A DNA stretch of 62,519 nucleotides, counting the filler, from Lenisia limosa (lineage: Eukaryota; Protista; Breviatea), in NCBI GenBank assembly GCA_001655205.1. It is 13 parts of 13 records of this genome, joined end to end, with 100 filler letters (N's around TTAATTAATTAA, not from the genome) between each part and the next. Parts side by side here need not be neighbours in the genome. Positions count along the whole stretch, not along the records: positions 25,078 to 47,746 come from LPNZ01006886.1; 12 more parts are not named here. One strand, given 5' to 3'. Below the pieces are notes generated by a model. It did not search any database. It saw only the letters and a list, made by a program, of their open reading frames with translations, and was not told the origin of the DNA. Shown piece after piece: positions 25,711 through 37,192 of the stretch (its first letter is position 1; each line of letters opens with the position of its first letter). The translations under genes and the position numbers were made by a program.

Positions 25711-26010
25711 CTAACCGACAAGGAGAGCACGGAAGTACTTTTCACCACAGTTGATCAACGCAGCCGTGAAGATGACTCTTAGTTGAAGGCGGTACTTTGC
25801 TTGAATACGCTTGGCAATGAACTTGAGGATCTGAACAGAGTTAGCGGACTCGATGTTGTTGGTGTTGAGACCATGAACATAGAGGGCGGTAACATCCGCG
25901 GTACCCTTAAGCTACATCATAAATACAGTTGCTTATACATGATACAAATGTAAATGTAACACACAAACCTTACAGAACTCGACAAGGACAGGACGGACTG
26001 AAACCGAGAT
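25711..26010 (-). CDS. 3' exons of an unidentified gene
   Basis: Coding-like exon LKGTADVTALYVHGLNTNNIESANSVQILKFIAKRIQAKYRLQLRVIFTAALINCGEKYFRALLVG-TAG after an AG acceptor, with GC3-rich codons. Confidence 0.5.
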
Positions 26011-26669
26011 TGGAATGGTCAGGGGAGGTAGCGATATAGCGTGTTCCTGCTTCAGGATAAATGTGCTCGTCGTAAAATACATTCAGTAGTGGAAGGAAGA
26101 AAGAGAGGGACTTCAAAAGAAGGTAAGGGAAGCATAGTAACTCTTTAATGCTATACTGACATTTAAACTAATTTAATCTAGTATTGAGAGTAAATTGGAT
26201 TAAACTTAAGGGACATTGCATTAAAAGAGAACTAAATCCTCCAGAATCCAAACTCAACATTTCAAAGCAAGTTCTGCTGCTCTGTTCTTGGCAAGTTCCT
26301 GGTGTCTCAAAGCTTTGAACTCACTTTGAACTTCGTATTTATCCGCAAACGATACGCAGACAGGCAGCTAATCTCCTTTTAATCACTTTGACCATATGTA
26401 CTGAGATGGGTTTGAGGAGAATTTCCTTCAAATCACCATTAATTAGACTTCGGCTATAAAAACCATTTCATTGTACTCCTATTTTTTACGATCATGTTAT
26501 GCTTGTTAAATGTGTAAAAATTTTTAAAATATTTCCAAATATGACTTTACACTGGCACCATGATTGTACCACCTTACAATAACTGCTTCTCATTTAACGA
26601 AATCCGTTTTTCCTCTGTTTATTTTCAAATATTATACTATTGTATTTTTCCGACAATTTAAATTCTACT

Positions 26670-26990
26670 TAGGTGCAGATGAAATGAGAAAACAAGTTTT
26701 GGTGATTCAAGTCATGGATACAGGAAAAGGAATGGACGTTGATAGTCAATCAAGGTATTTTTTTAGTTTTTCAATAGACTATTTCGACCGTATGATCAAC
26801 TTGATGCTTCTATTAGGAGAAAATTTGGAGGAACAGGTCTTGGATTAGTGATATCCAAGCATTTGATTGAACAAATGGGTGGTCAAATTACAGTTTCATC
26901 CACCGTTGATGTTGGAACTACCTTTTCGTGAGACATCGTTTTCATCATCAGTATATTGCATCTATTACAGCGGTATGTCACCAGAAGTGA
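26670..26990 (+). CDS. Histidine kinase HATPase_c fragment with tiny introns (upstream exons not found; downstream interrupted by element E1)
   Basis: Removing 26755-26777 gives VIQVMDTGKGMDVDSQSRLFRPYDQLDASIRRKFGGTGLGLVISKHLIEQMGGQITVSSTVDVGTTFS, i.e. the canonical G1, F and G2 boxes. Confidence 0.85.
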
Positions 26991-27048
26991 CACGTCCTGG
27001 GTTAAAAACGTTTTTTTTTTGAAAAAAACTCTACTTCCGTTCTGACAT

Positions 27049-27928
27049 TTAATGTGGTGGTTCCATCGCATTTAGCCATCTCTGACCATTTTGATATCTT
27101 GATTATTTTTTTTTTTTTTTTTTTTTTTNNNNNNNNNNNNNNNNNNNNNNNNNNNNNNNNNNNNNNNNNNNNNNNNNNNNNNNNNNNNNNNNNNNNNNNN
27201 NNNGTCATCATCAGTTAAACTAGAGTATTTGGACGTTATTAAGCGATTAATTTTCTTGCAATTAAATATAATGGAGTTAACCCTCTAAGAGTTTACCTGG
27301 TAGGTTTTTAAGAGCGTCAATATCAAGGATTGCGAAAGACATGAGGGTGATCACGAATAAGAGCAAACAATTGTCGGAAATGACACTAAAGTACTCATCT
27401 GTACCATAACACGAGTTACCCAACGAAAAAGGACAAATAAAACACTAATCACTTCCTGTATACCTCTCATGCTCTTAAATATGCTTCTATTAACTAATCA
27501 TCATGCAAAACTAGAAAAAGAGGAACTAAATCGAGAATCCTCTGAGCAAAAGAATTGGGGCTCTGGCGCCAACCTTAAATGCTCTCTGAACAACTCGAAA
27601 TTTTCTCTTATTTAGTTTAATCTGCCAGTAGAAGAATATAATAGAGAATCTGAGAGGGCTCAGAAGCGACTCGTGGGTTTTTTTTTTTCTCAACGGTTTT
27701 TCAAGCCTCTCTTCCCCCGTAAGTCTCTTCCAGCATTTCGGATCTTCGTTATCATCATGTCCCAAGCCTTTCGCAATCCTTGATTTTGATGCTCTTCAAT
27801 CCTGACCAGGTAAACTCTTGGAAAGTTGATACATTATTTACCATTAAAATGGCTCATCTGGCGATTTGTGGGAATGAATAATTTAAGTAAAACGAAGAAA
27901 TGAGATACCCAACATGAAACCACCTTAA
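27049..27928. mobile_element. Family E copy 1: non-autonomous TIR element flanked by TTAA
   Basis: TTAA|TGTGGTGGTTCCATC ... CATGAAACCACC|TTAA. It has internal inverted segments (27281-27360 vs 27760-27830) and is colinear in reverse with 43210-43964. Confidence 0.75.
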
Positions 27929-27989
27929 TTTTTTTTTTCAATTTTGATGCAAAAGAACTGAACTAAGGTCGAGGAAGAACGGTTCTTCG

Positions 27990-28350
27990 AGGACAGCCTG
28001 CCCCACAGCCTTAATTAGGTCGGCGTCTTGACAATGATGTGGTTAGCATCAACGTTAATTATACTTCTTCAGACAAAGAGACTAGCTGTTGGCGCAGAAC
28101 AGCCCCCCAATTTAATGGGTTATTTCATTATCAAATTAAACAAAGAAAAGACAGAATCACACAGTTTCACCAAAACTTTATTTTTAAAAAAAGAGAAATA
28201 CGTTTTTCTCTTCGAAGAATACCCCTCATGCTCTACAGAGAGGGATTGGATCCCATGCGTCCTTCCATTTCCAAGTCAAAGGTCAACTGAGACGACCCAG
28301 AAGACGACCAGCTCAACCAAACACGACGCTTATTTGTCTTGTTGGACTTC
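27990..28350 (-). CDS. Exons of an unidentified gene
   Basis: Coding-like segments KSNKTNKRRVWLSWSSSGSSQLTFDLEMEGRMGSNPS and IINVDANHIIVKTPT with GT-AG borders. Confidence 0.35.
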
Positions 28351-28954
28351 TTGAACAGAAATCAACAATGAAAACACACAAAAATAAAGATCCAGAATTG
28401 TGAAAGTTATTTATTTCACAGTGAAGACCCCCCCCCCCCNNNNNNNNNNNNNNNNNNNNNNNNNNNNNNNNNNNNNNNNNNNNNNNNNNNTGAAGTTTCA
28501 TACCACATTAAAGCCTATTCACTTAAATTGCGAAAATAATGTGTTTTTTTTTTTTGGAATTTGGCTTGCTTTTCGATGGAACATTGCAAGAAATATGCAC
28601 TTTTCTGAGGCAACTCCAAGAGAATTGGACAACATTAATATTTTGTCGTTTTCTAGGTATTAACTTTTCCTGAAATATTGGTCAAATCGTATAGTTAAGT
28701 CTAAAATCACCGTAGACAGTGTTTCATTAATTTAGATGATGATTTCACAAAGTGGTGTTAAACAGAGACATTACTGTGCTCTAGAAAGGAATTCAGCTAA
28801 TAATCTCACGGAAACGATTATTCTTAGAATTATACATTTCAACTTAAACATGACTGAATCTCTTGTATCAGAGGGTACCATCCGTCGCAGTCAACAATAA
28901 TATATGTACTATTATGTATATTACGTGTAATTATGCATATCATACGTGGTTCTC

Positions 28955-29680
28955 TCAGCCAAGGCTCTTGACCCGCTCGGTGCTGCGAGGTGTCTTGGGC
29001 GTCTCCTGGCCTTCGGCTTTGACATTAGTCATATGGTAAGCTGGTTGCATATATATCTAATATGTATGATATGTATAATTACACGTAATATACATATGAA
29101 AAACAATCTATATGTATGAACTCAATCCCGTTTCTGGATTTGGACCCAGAGGGGTATCACGGTGCAGAAACTCAAAGTCCTGGATCTTGCCATCGGCACA
29201 AACGAAGGTCAGGGCATCGGTAGAATTCCAGCCATAGCGCTGAACTCGGGAATATTTCTTCTTGTTTGTGTTGTCCAGCTCAATGTCGAAGTGAAGAAGG
29301 TCATGATAAGGCAGATATCTTGAGAGGTCAGCATGAAAAAGATCAGGGAATAAATAGAAGAAGAGACAGATTAGAAACTGACACAAGGTGTTTGAGAGTG
29401 GTTACTTTCATATTAAAAACAGAAACACGCAAGAGAAGGGTTAAATAGAAGGATATGAAAGGAAACAACGTAAATTACAAAAAGCTCGTTGAAAACACCT
29501 TAACTATCCTCCTTACAGAGTCAAAGCCGAAGTTTGAGCAGCACCTTACCTTTGAGCACTTGATATCAACTCTGGCGGTGCTCTTATTACTATTAACTCT
29601 GAACAAGCTCAAAAGAACTATGACAACTACTTTAAGCGTCTCTTTGTCCCTTGAGGAAGGCTAGGAGATATGTTTTGGTA
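28955..29680 (-). CDS. 3' part of an unidentified multi-exon gene
   Basis: ADLSRYLPYHDLLHFDIELDNTNKKKYSRVQRYGWNSTDALTFVCADGKIQDFEFLHRD... splices to a terminal exon YHMTNVKAEGQETPKTPRSTERVKSLG-TGA. Confidence 0.5.
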
Positions 29681-30096
29681 AACACGAACTTTGCGTCCTC
29701 CAAGACTGCAATAGGGCGATTGTCAGCAGGTTTCTTTACCATTCTGCAGGGTTAAAAGGTCAAATGTATCAAAATATATATATGATATATATAATAGTAA
29801 TAGATAGATAAACAAAACATGAATCACGGGACAAAACTGTGAATCACTTGTTTTTGAAAATACTATATGATATGCTTGTTCTTTTTCTATTTCTGGTTTT
29901 AACAATCTTTTTTTGGCAAAGCATTCATTTGTACCCATTTTCTCTCCCAGTAAGCACCACTTATTTTTTGTGAATTTGAAAATGAATTGAATCCTAATTC
30001 AAAGATACATGAGAATACAAAGAACATTACATAACAATACGAACTGGGGACTCGGTTTCGAACTTGATGACCCTAAAAGCATGTAAACATATGGTG

Positions 30097-31290
30097 TTAA
30101 GCAGTGGCATTCTTTTTGGCTCGTTCGGCCTTGCGAAGAGACTAGAATATGAGAAAAACATCACACAGTATCATAAAAACAACTCCAACCCAAATCCAAC
30201 TAACCTCGAGGGTACGCACTTTCACGTCAGCCATGAGGTTCTTGATAGAGTTAGCCTAGATGTTGGCAGCCTGGATGCGCTCACGGATGACAGGGATCAG
30301 GGCAGTGGGGGACATGGAATCAGGACGAGACTCAACAATAGTACGGTCAGACCAGGGAAGGATCTTGTTCTCGAGGTTGATGAGGAAGGTGGCCTGTTCA
30401 TCCTGGTCAAGCTTCTTGGATGTAGCTGTTGATAAGGGACCAGTCACCGTCAGAGTCGTCGTTGGGCTTCGCAGCCTCAAAGCCAGCAATGGCCTCGTCG
30501 GTTGTGAAGAGGTCTGAGTATAAGGTGGTGCGAGGAAGGCACTGGAGAGGGATGGAGGGGTCAGGGAGGTGCTTGACAACCTGCCAAGGGGAGATGGTGA
30601 TGCCATTAGTAGACTTGAAGATGCCTGCGTCCTGGAAGGCGGCATAGGTGAGGCAGGGGTCTGAGGCAATGGTGAAGGCGCTGAATTGGTTAGAAAAGGC
30701 AACACAGTATGAAGACAATTGATTTCTGAACCATTCGTGTTATGATATTGAATACAAAATGAAATTAACTCAGACCGGAAAGCAGCTTGGAGGATAAATT
30801 ACACAGCTTCCCTGTTTTTAAGGGGAAAAGTCAAAATATGGGTAATCTCTTTTCTGAATTTTGTGAATGCGCGCCGACACCATTGCGTTCACGAAGGGGG
30901 GGAAAAAGGGTCAATTAAATACCCCGGCTACCATTTTTTGAGGTACCCGGGTAAAAATATTAAAAAATTAAAATGAGCAGAGTAACCTCAACCACCCACC
31001 TTGAACGGTTTGCCCGTCAACAAATCCTGAGATACAGCCGCAAGCCTGTCAAAAATTTCTTTCTGAAGGGTCAATGTGAAATTAAAAAGCAAACCAGCTC
31101 CCCTTGTTTCTCAGTTGGAAACACGGTGTTCCACTGTATCTCCTTGGTGGGTACGTCAAACTCCTCCTTTATATATTCGCACAACTGTACGGTGGAACTA
31201 AACTCCCCAAATTCCTCGGGGAGGCTGACTTGGTAGCGAACCTTATCCCCACCATCGACAGCAATAATGTCCAGTGGTTTCCTGGAAAGT
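30097..31290 (-). CDS. Unidentified multi-exon gene with an internal in-frame TAG and one frame switch
   Basis: KPLDIIAVDGGDKVRYQVSLPEEF..., AFTIASDPCLTYAAFQDAGIFKSTNG..., KKLDQDEQATFLINLENKILPW...IQAANI*ANSIKNLMADVKVRTLE|SLRKAERAKKNATA-TAA. Confidence 0.55.
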
Positions 31291-32355
31291 CAGTGAAAAT
31301 GACTATGATATACTACATACATAACATATTATTTAATATATGCCACCAGCCAAAAACCCCGCCATTAAATTAGTTTCCCGTCAATATTATCTTTTTGGTG
31401 ATTGTTCTCCAGATGTTTGCTCAGTTTCTGTTTTTGCTTGTTAATAGTGAATAGAAATAGTAAGACCCTATTGTAACCCGAACAAAATATATCAAAAAAA
31501 AATACCGAATAAATGCACAAAACAACCACTATCAATTTTTGCGTTGCTTCTTTGGAGCTGGAGTTGCTTTCTTCTTTTTTTTAGTTTTGAGGTTGTCTGC
31601 CAACTTGTTCAAACCTCTATGCTGAATAAGAAAACAGACATAGCACNNNNNNNNNNTATTTGATTACATCCCGTCCCTTCTCGAGAGTATTCTTGTCAAC
31701 TGGTGGTCTTCCTGCTCTGTTTCCTGTCAACTTAACTTTTGAAGAAAGATCCAATTGAACACATCCCTGAGTGTAGACCTTGCAATATTTACAGCGGCTG
31801 TGGGTCGGAAAAATCAAAAAAGAAGATACACCATAAGGCGAATGTGGTAAATTTAAAAAATCGGAAGCGGCAATATCAACACAGGTTTCGATCTCTTTAG
31901 GGGAGAGATACACTTTCCAGTTACCGTTTTCAACATCCATATCCCTCAACTTGTTTTCATAGGAGTTGGGTTTGGTTGGTCTCCCTTTCTAAAAAGGTGA
32001 GCAGTTATCAAATTGGTCGTGAAAAACTCAATAATCCTAAAACGGGAACAAAAAGATTCAGAAATGTGCGGTGGCGGAGATGCACAAAATAGCACCTCTC
32101 GGCTTATTGTTTGTGCGGTAATTTTCTACAATCATATATTTGACCAAAAATGAGAGGGGAATGGAAAAAACAGGGGGTGAAAAAAATAAAAAATAAAAAT
32201 AGATAGGGACCCGGGTACCCGGGTCAAAATAAAATATCTTTCTTACTGTAACACACCATATATTGTGTTGCTCCAGTTCCAGAATTAAAAAAAGTAAAAG
32301 TTGTTCATTTTCCCTAAAAGTCCTCTCATTGTTAGTAAGCAAGTGTATTATAAAC

Positions 32356-33260
32356 ATGGTAGCCCCTAGAGCTGGGAAGCAGGAATTCTCTGAAAAGTTT
32401 CGTAAAGAAGGAGATGTACTTAAGCGTATTAAGCGCCGTATTGAAGGCTTCAAAGCTCTTTCCTCTCAAGAGAAGGTGGATTCCCTTCAAAAGGAGGCCT
32501 ATTCACAGGGAGTCCGTTACTCTCAGCGCTCCCTCTCTTGCGCTACAGGCATCCCCCTGTCTGTGTAAAACTAACACTGAAAATGTCATTGTTGGCAGCT
32601 CAAAGGTCTCCTTGGTCCCCTGATCTCCTGGATTGTTGGTGAAGTAGAGTTCTGCCGCTGTCCCCCTTCAATGAAGCTTCATGAAAAAATTTGAGGTGTT
32701 ATTGTTTTGTTGATGCTGAATTGTTTTCCTTAATGGCAGCAGTAACAGACCAAATATATTCTTATATTTTTAACAATGGGTTTTGCTGATGAGAAGCCAA
32801 TAACTATTACAGGCTTCAGAACTTGTTTTGAAGTCCACTGGAAAAGATGTCGCTTTCTCCGCTAAGTGGCCCACTCACTTCGTTAAGTCCCACTCTGACC
32901 TCTTCAAGCTTTTGGTTTGTTTGGATTCTTTTCCCTACCTCGCTCAATTTACTTACCCCCCCCCNNNNNNNNNNNNNNNNNNNNNNNNNNNNNNNNNNNN
33001 NNNNNNNNNNNNNNNNNNNNNNNNNNNNNNNNNNNNNNNNNNNNNNNCTCCGGTCGTTTCGATCTGAGGAGAAGCTCATGCAACACTTTGACAACTTCTC
33101 TGCCATCTTCGAAGAGCATGAGTTCACTCCAACCTCATCTTCAACATGGATGAAACGATGATTGAGGTTTCCGAAAGAAGGCTAAGGTTCTCGCCCCAGC
33201 AGAGGCCAGAATGGTCTACGCCAAGGAGGACCCCAAGGTTGCCCATATGACCCTTTTTCT
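32356..33260 (+). pseudogene. Degenerate pogo/Tc5-type transposase relic
   Basis: An N-terminal HTH-like ORF (MVAPRAGKQEF...SQRSLSCATGIP), then VAFSAKWPTHFVKSHSDL (CENP-B/Tc5 HTH end) and PNLIFNMDETMIEV (first catalytic Asp), with stops and frameshifts. Confidence 0.7.
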
Positions 33261-35140
33261 GCTTTCTAAAGTAAGCGATGGTTCATCATGGGATCCTCTT
33301 ACTGTCTTGAATTAAAGAACTGGTATTTTTGGAGGGATTTCTTCTCTTACTGCTGAATGCTGGAAACTAGCAGTCGAAGACTGCTTCTTAGACGCTTATT
33401 AAAAGAAATATCCGTTTTCAAGAAGTTTTGGAGCGACCAGTTTCTTCCTGATCTGTCGAAGGTGCCTTCTTTTTGGTTGGTTGAAACTCCCTGCTTTCAG
33501 CCTTAATTTTCAGAGAGTTTCTTTTGAGGATGATCGACTGGAGCTTTTCAAGGATCTTCTCAAGGTGTATTATTCTAAAATTTGCTGGGTTTCTCCTTTT
33601 CTCTTCTGTGTTGTTCTCTGTAGTCTTTAATTTTGAGATCCTCTTTTTTTTTTATGCTCCGTTAATCTCTCTTTCTATTATGTGCCTTGCACTATAAACA
33701 ACATATAAGCGATTAATAACGATTTCAGGAGTTGACTTGCTCGCAGCTTCCTCCTCAACTGATCGATCACGCTGAAGACCTGTCTTTTGGGGACTATAAT
33801 GAAAAATGGGGTTTTAGAATGAAAGTGTTTTTTTTTTGTGTCGATTTTTTGAGAAATGGGTTTGTGAACATTTCTTTCGGCCATTTGTGTAGCCAAAAGG
33901 CTGCCATTTTCTTCTCTCTTTCTGAACAACGCAAAATATGACTTCTCAAAAACAAGAGTGGTGCAATGTATCACAATATGTATTATGTCATTATCCTATT
34001 CTCGGGTAAATAAATGTGATAAATGTCATATTTTCTCATCATATTCATCACATATATACTATGACATTCCGATGACGTGTCATCCCATACCTCCCAATGT
34101 TTTATGCTTCTTATTGTTCCAAAATATGATTTTTCGCGAATAAAAGACCCCAAAACGGAACTTTTTAATGACGATTTTTTTATCATTTGACTTGTTTTCT
34201 CAGAGTTTAGGTTCACGCTTGTTTTAAAGGTGTCTGTTGGAAGATTAACTCTTTCTTCAGCTCTTTCAAATAAATTTTTCTTGGTTTGCTACTTTTTTAT
34301 TTTATATAATCAAGTGAGATATATATATATAGGGAAATGCTTTTTGCCGAAAGTAAGGCTCAAGAGAGCATAACGGCCATATGTATTCAAAGAAAGCCAG
34401 GAAATGGATGGATATTCCTTTAGTGGGGCAAATTCTTGATTTATTACGATCTTTTTCCCTCTCTTTTCTGTTGTTTCTTTCAGACATTCAATTTGGACCC
34501 TAAAGGAAAGAAGAGCAAGTAAGTGTAGAGGTTCACCTTGACAGAATATTTACAAATCTGGGAAGTAACTGATCTCCAACTTTCAAATTTTCGAGAACAA
34601 TCCTCACCTTTTCGCAGTTATTCTAAATGTGAAGAGCATATTTATCGTATTCAGTAAACATCAAATGTGAAAAGGATAATCGCTATCCTGAGTTTTGGGA
34701 AAACCGTTGGAATATCTCCTAAGGTAGGCACCACTCTCCCTCTTGTATATACATGTATATGAGCAATCAGGTACTCCTCTTCCCTAGAACGCTCTCCTTC
34801 CTCAAAAACGCACGATATTATCTATGATTTTGTGAGGAGGACGGTAGTCAGCATAAAGGAAGAGTCGAATAGCCAGCAAGACAGCATGTGCGACCCCCTC
34901 TTCACGTATTGCATGCCCAAACATTTGTTGTAGATTGGACCGGCGGTATGGGAAGAAGTATGAGTGAGTAGTAAAATTGTTGTGGCGCATATACAGATGA
35001 TAAGAATTTGAAGACGTCGTGACAGATTCGGCTTGTAGCCACTTCCAGTTGCCCTTCAACTGACGCTTGCTGACGCCAGTATTCTTTCAAAAGCCTTTTT
35101 CCTTTTCCAAAAACAAGCCATTTCCACATTGAGATTGCGC

Positions 35141-35215
35141 TTCGGGGGTGTAATATTCTATTGTCTTCTGACTTCTGATTTCCTTATTATATGCCTGTTC
35201 GGTGACAGATATTTT
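35141..35215. repeat. Family G segment shared with 42431-42505
   Basis: CTTCGGG(G/A)GTGTAATATTCTATT(T)GTCTTCTGACTTC(T/A)GATTT.CTTAT.ATAT.CCT.TTC.GTGACAGAT at both sites. Confidence 0.7.
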
Positions 35216-35261
35216 CAGCTTGATAATGAAGAACAAGGGAGTTGTATCAATACACCATATA

Positions 35262-35400
35262 TCATTAAGTTTTTGCGCTTGGGGCAGCCCTGCTTGGGGT
35301 GACCCGCTTGCTTACAGAAGAAACAGGAGTGGTTGCGGGGACAGGGATTACGGCGGCAATCGCGATCAGAGTTGTAATCGCGGCAAATAAGCTTGCTGAA
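35262..35400 (-). other. Adjacent CCCH and CCHC zinc-finger coding segment (gag-like)
   Basis: KLICRDYNSDRDCRRNPCPRNHSCFFCKQAGHPKQGCPKRK = C-x8-C-x4-C-x3-H followed by C-x2-C-x4-H-x4-C. Confidence 0.7.
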
Positions 35401-35889
35401 TATGTTAGAATATCACATAGTCTGACATGATCGTTTCATTTCAATGACATTTCAATGACGCAAACGTACATGATGATTCAACATCCTATATATTGATATG
35501 TGAAAAATATAATACCCACATACTTCTTTTTGTTGGAAGGGACCCATTTATTTCGCATTATCGTGATAGCATTGTACTTTGAACTGATTCTCAGGTGGAA
35601 CCGCGGCGGTGCCAGATTTGGCGTCAAGGACAAGCCTGTTATTGATGAATGGATCAGAGACTCAACCACTGCCTCCGGCTTCCAATGCCCTCGCTGATGC
35701 TGCCAGCCGGGAGAAGACATCCCAGACCGACATGGCTCAAATATTTATGTCCCCCCTTTTGTCTTACTGTCTGTCACTCTCTTACGATATTGTTTTTATA
35801 TTAATTTAAGTCCATCTCAAGTATCATGCTGTTCATTCCATTATCATAAAAGGGTAGCGAAAAATAGAAATGTATGTGAATATATGTAC

Positions 35890-36610
35890 CACTATGAGCA
35901 AGACCTCGGTGAAAGCATACAAGTCCGGCATCAAGTCGTAATTGGACTGCTGCGAAGAAGTGAAAACGAAACCACTTCCCATTACAGAAGAGAAAGTTAG
36001 TTTATCGTTATGTTAACATTATAATAAAAAAATTTAGGTTGTATTATGGTTAGCCTACATCTCCCCGCATGAAGGGAAGACAGACCTGCTGAGGCTATGT
36101 TTCCGCTCTCGCCCCACCCCATCAAGGGACGTTATGCAGCCCAAAGGTATAATGATTACGTCCATACCTTACTAAGTATCCAGAATGATCCTGAGCATCA
36201 ATAAGGCCAACAAGTCCAAGCCAGTGAAACAGTCCCCCTATATGTCCTCCTCCCAGTTTCAGAAGCTCTTACACACTCGCCCACCAACTGGCCCGAACAA
36301 GAAGAAGAACATTCTCATTCGAGCTATTACCTCGCTCTTAATCTGCCGCATGAACGATTTCCTCCTCCCCACCACTAAGGACCTTGAGAGAGGTCCCACC
36401 ATCGACAACATCAAGTTTGACGGCGATGAGGCTAGTATGACAGTGAAATTCACCAATAATTTGTTTTTTTCCCTCACTCCCCCGCTAACCCAGCCAATAC
36501 CCACCGAGCTGTCTTCTGCTGGCCCGACACAGGAACAATCGTCTGGTAGAGCCATGTACAACATCTTGCGCAGCGACCTGAAGGGATTATTTGGTGAATG
36601 TATTCTCTAA
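35890..36610 (+). pseudogene. Degenerate tyrosine recombinase (DIRS/Ngaro/Crypton-like), N-terminal half
   Basis: MSKTSVKAYKSGIKS*LDCCEEVKTKPLPITEE (SAM-like start), then RMILSINKANKSKPVKQSPYMSSSQFQKLL and AITSLLICRMNDFLLP...TIDNIKFDGDEASMTVKF (box I Arg region). No HSLR/Tyr half seen. Confidence 0.55.
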
Positions 36611-37192
36611 AAAACCAAATACCCCCATTTGTATTGTATTTAGTGAATGGTGTATTGACATGTCAAATTTAGTGAATGGAATTTCAAACAGTGAATTGAT
36701 TTGACGTCATAGTTCAGCTCATTAATGAACTGAACTTACTTTTTCATCTAAACTTTCAAATTTGAAAAAAAGTCGATATTTATGGTGATTTGTTTATGGT
36801 ATCCCTATGTATTCTTATGTTTTCCTAGATTTATTCACATATTTTCTTGCTCAACAATAATAATAATATTATTGAAATGGTCTGTTGTATCCCCTTGGGG
36901 CCCGAGGCCTTGTTTCAATATGTTACTTTTTGGTTCGTGATCATACACAGCACAATTTTATCGACTACAAGCACGAAAACATTAGTATTTAGGTTTTTTA
37001 CTGTGGAAATCATTTCCCGACCTAAAAACAGGGATAGTATTATATTTTTATCAAATTCTGGAGTAAAATTGGAAAATGTATGAAACAAAAAAAGCCCAAA
37101 ATCTACTCTGTTGGCTGATAACACATGATGGTTGAGAACAACAAAACAAACAAAGCCTAGGCCAGCCTACGACCGCCTCGGTCACTTCCTGT

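Noticed and set aside
26690-26931. Kinase HATPase segment as a frameshifted pseudogene with an early TGA
   Set aside because: A 23-nt GT-AG intron repairs the frame, and the TGA lies in a GTGAGA donor.
30256-30705. 149-aa Ser/Pro/Thr-rich ORF from the track
   Set aside because: Its first two thirds are the shifted frame of a GC3-rich exon (AFTIASDP...).
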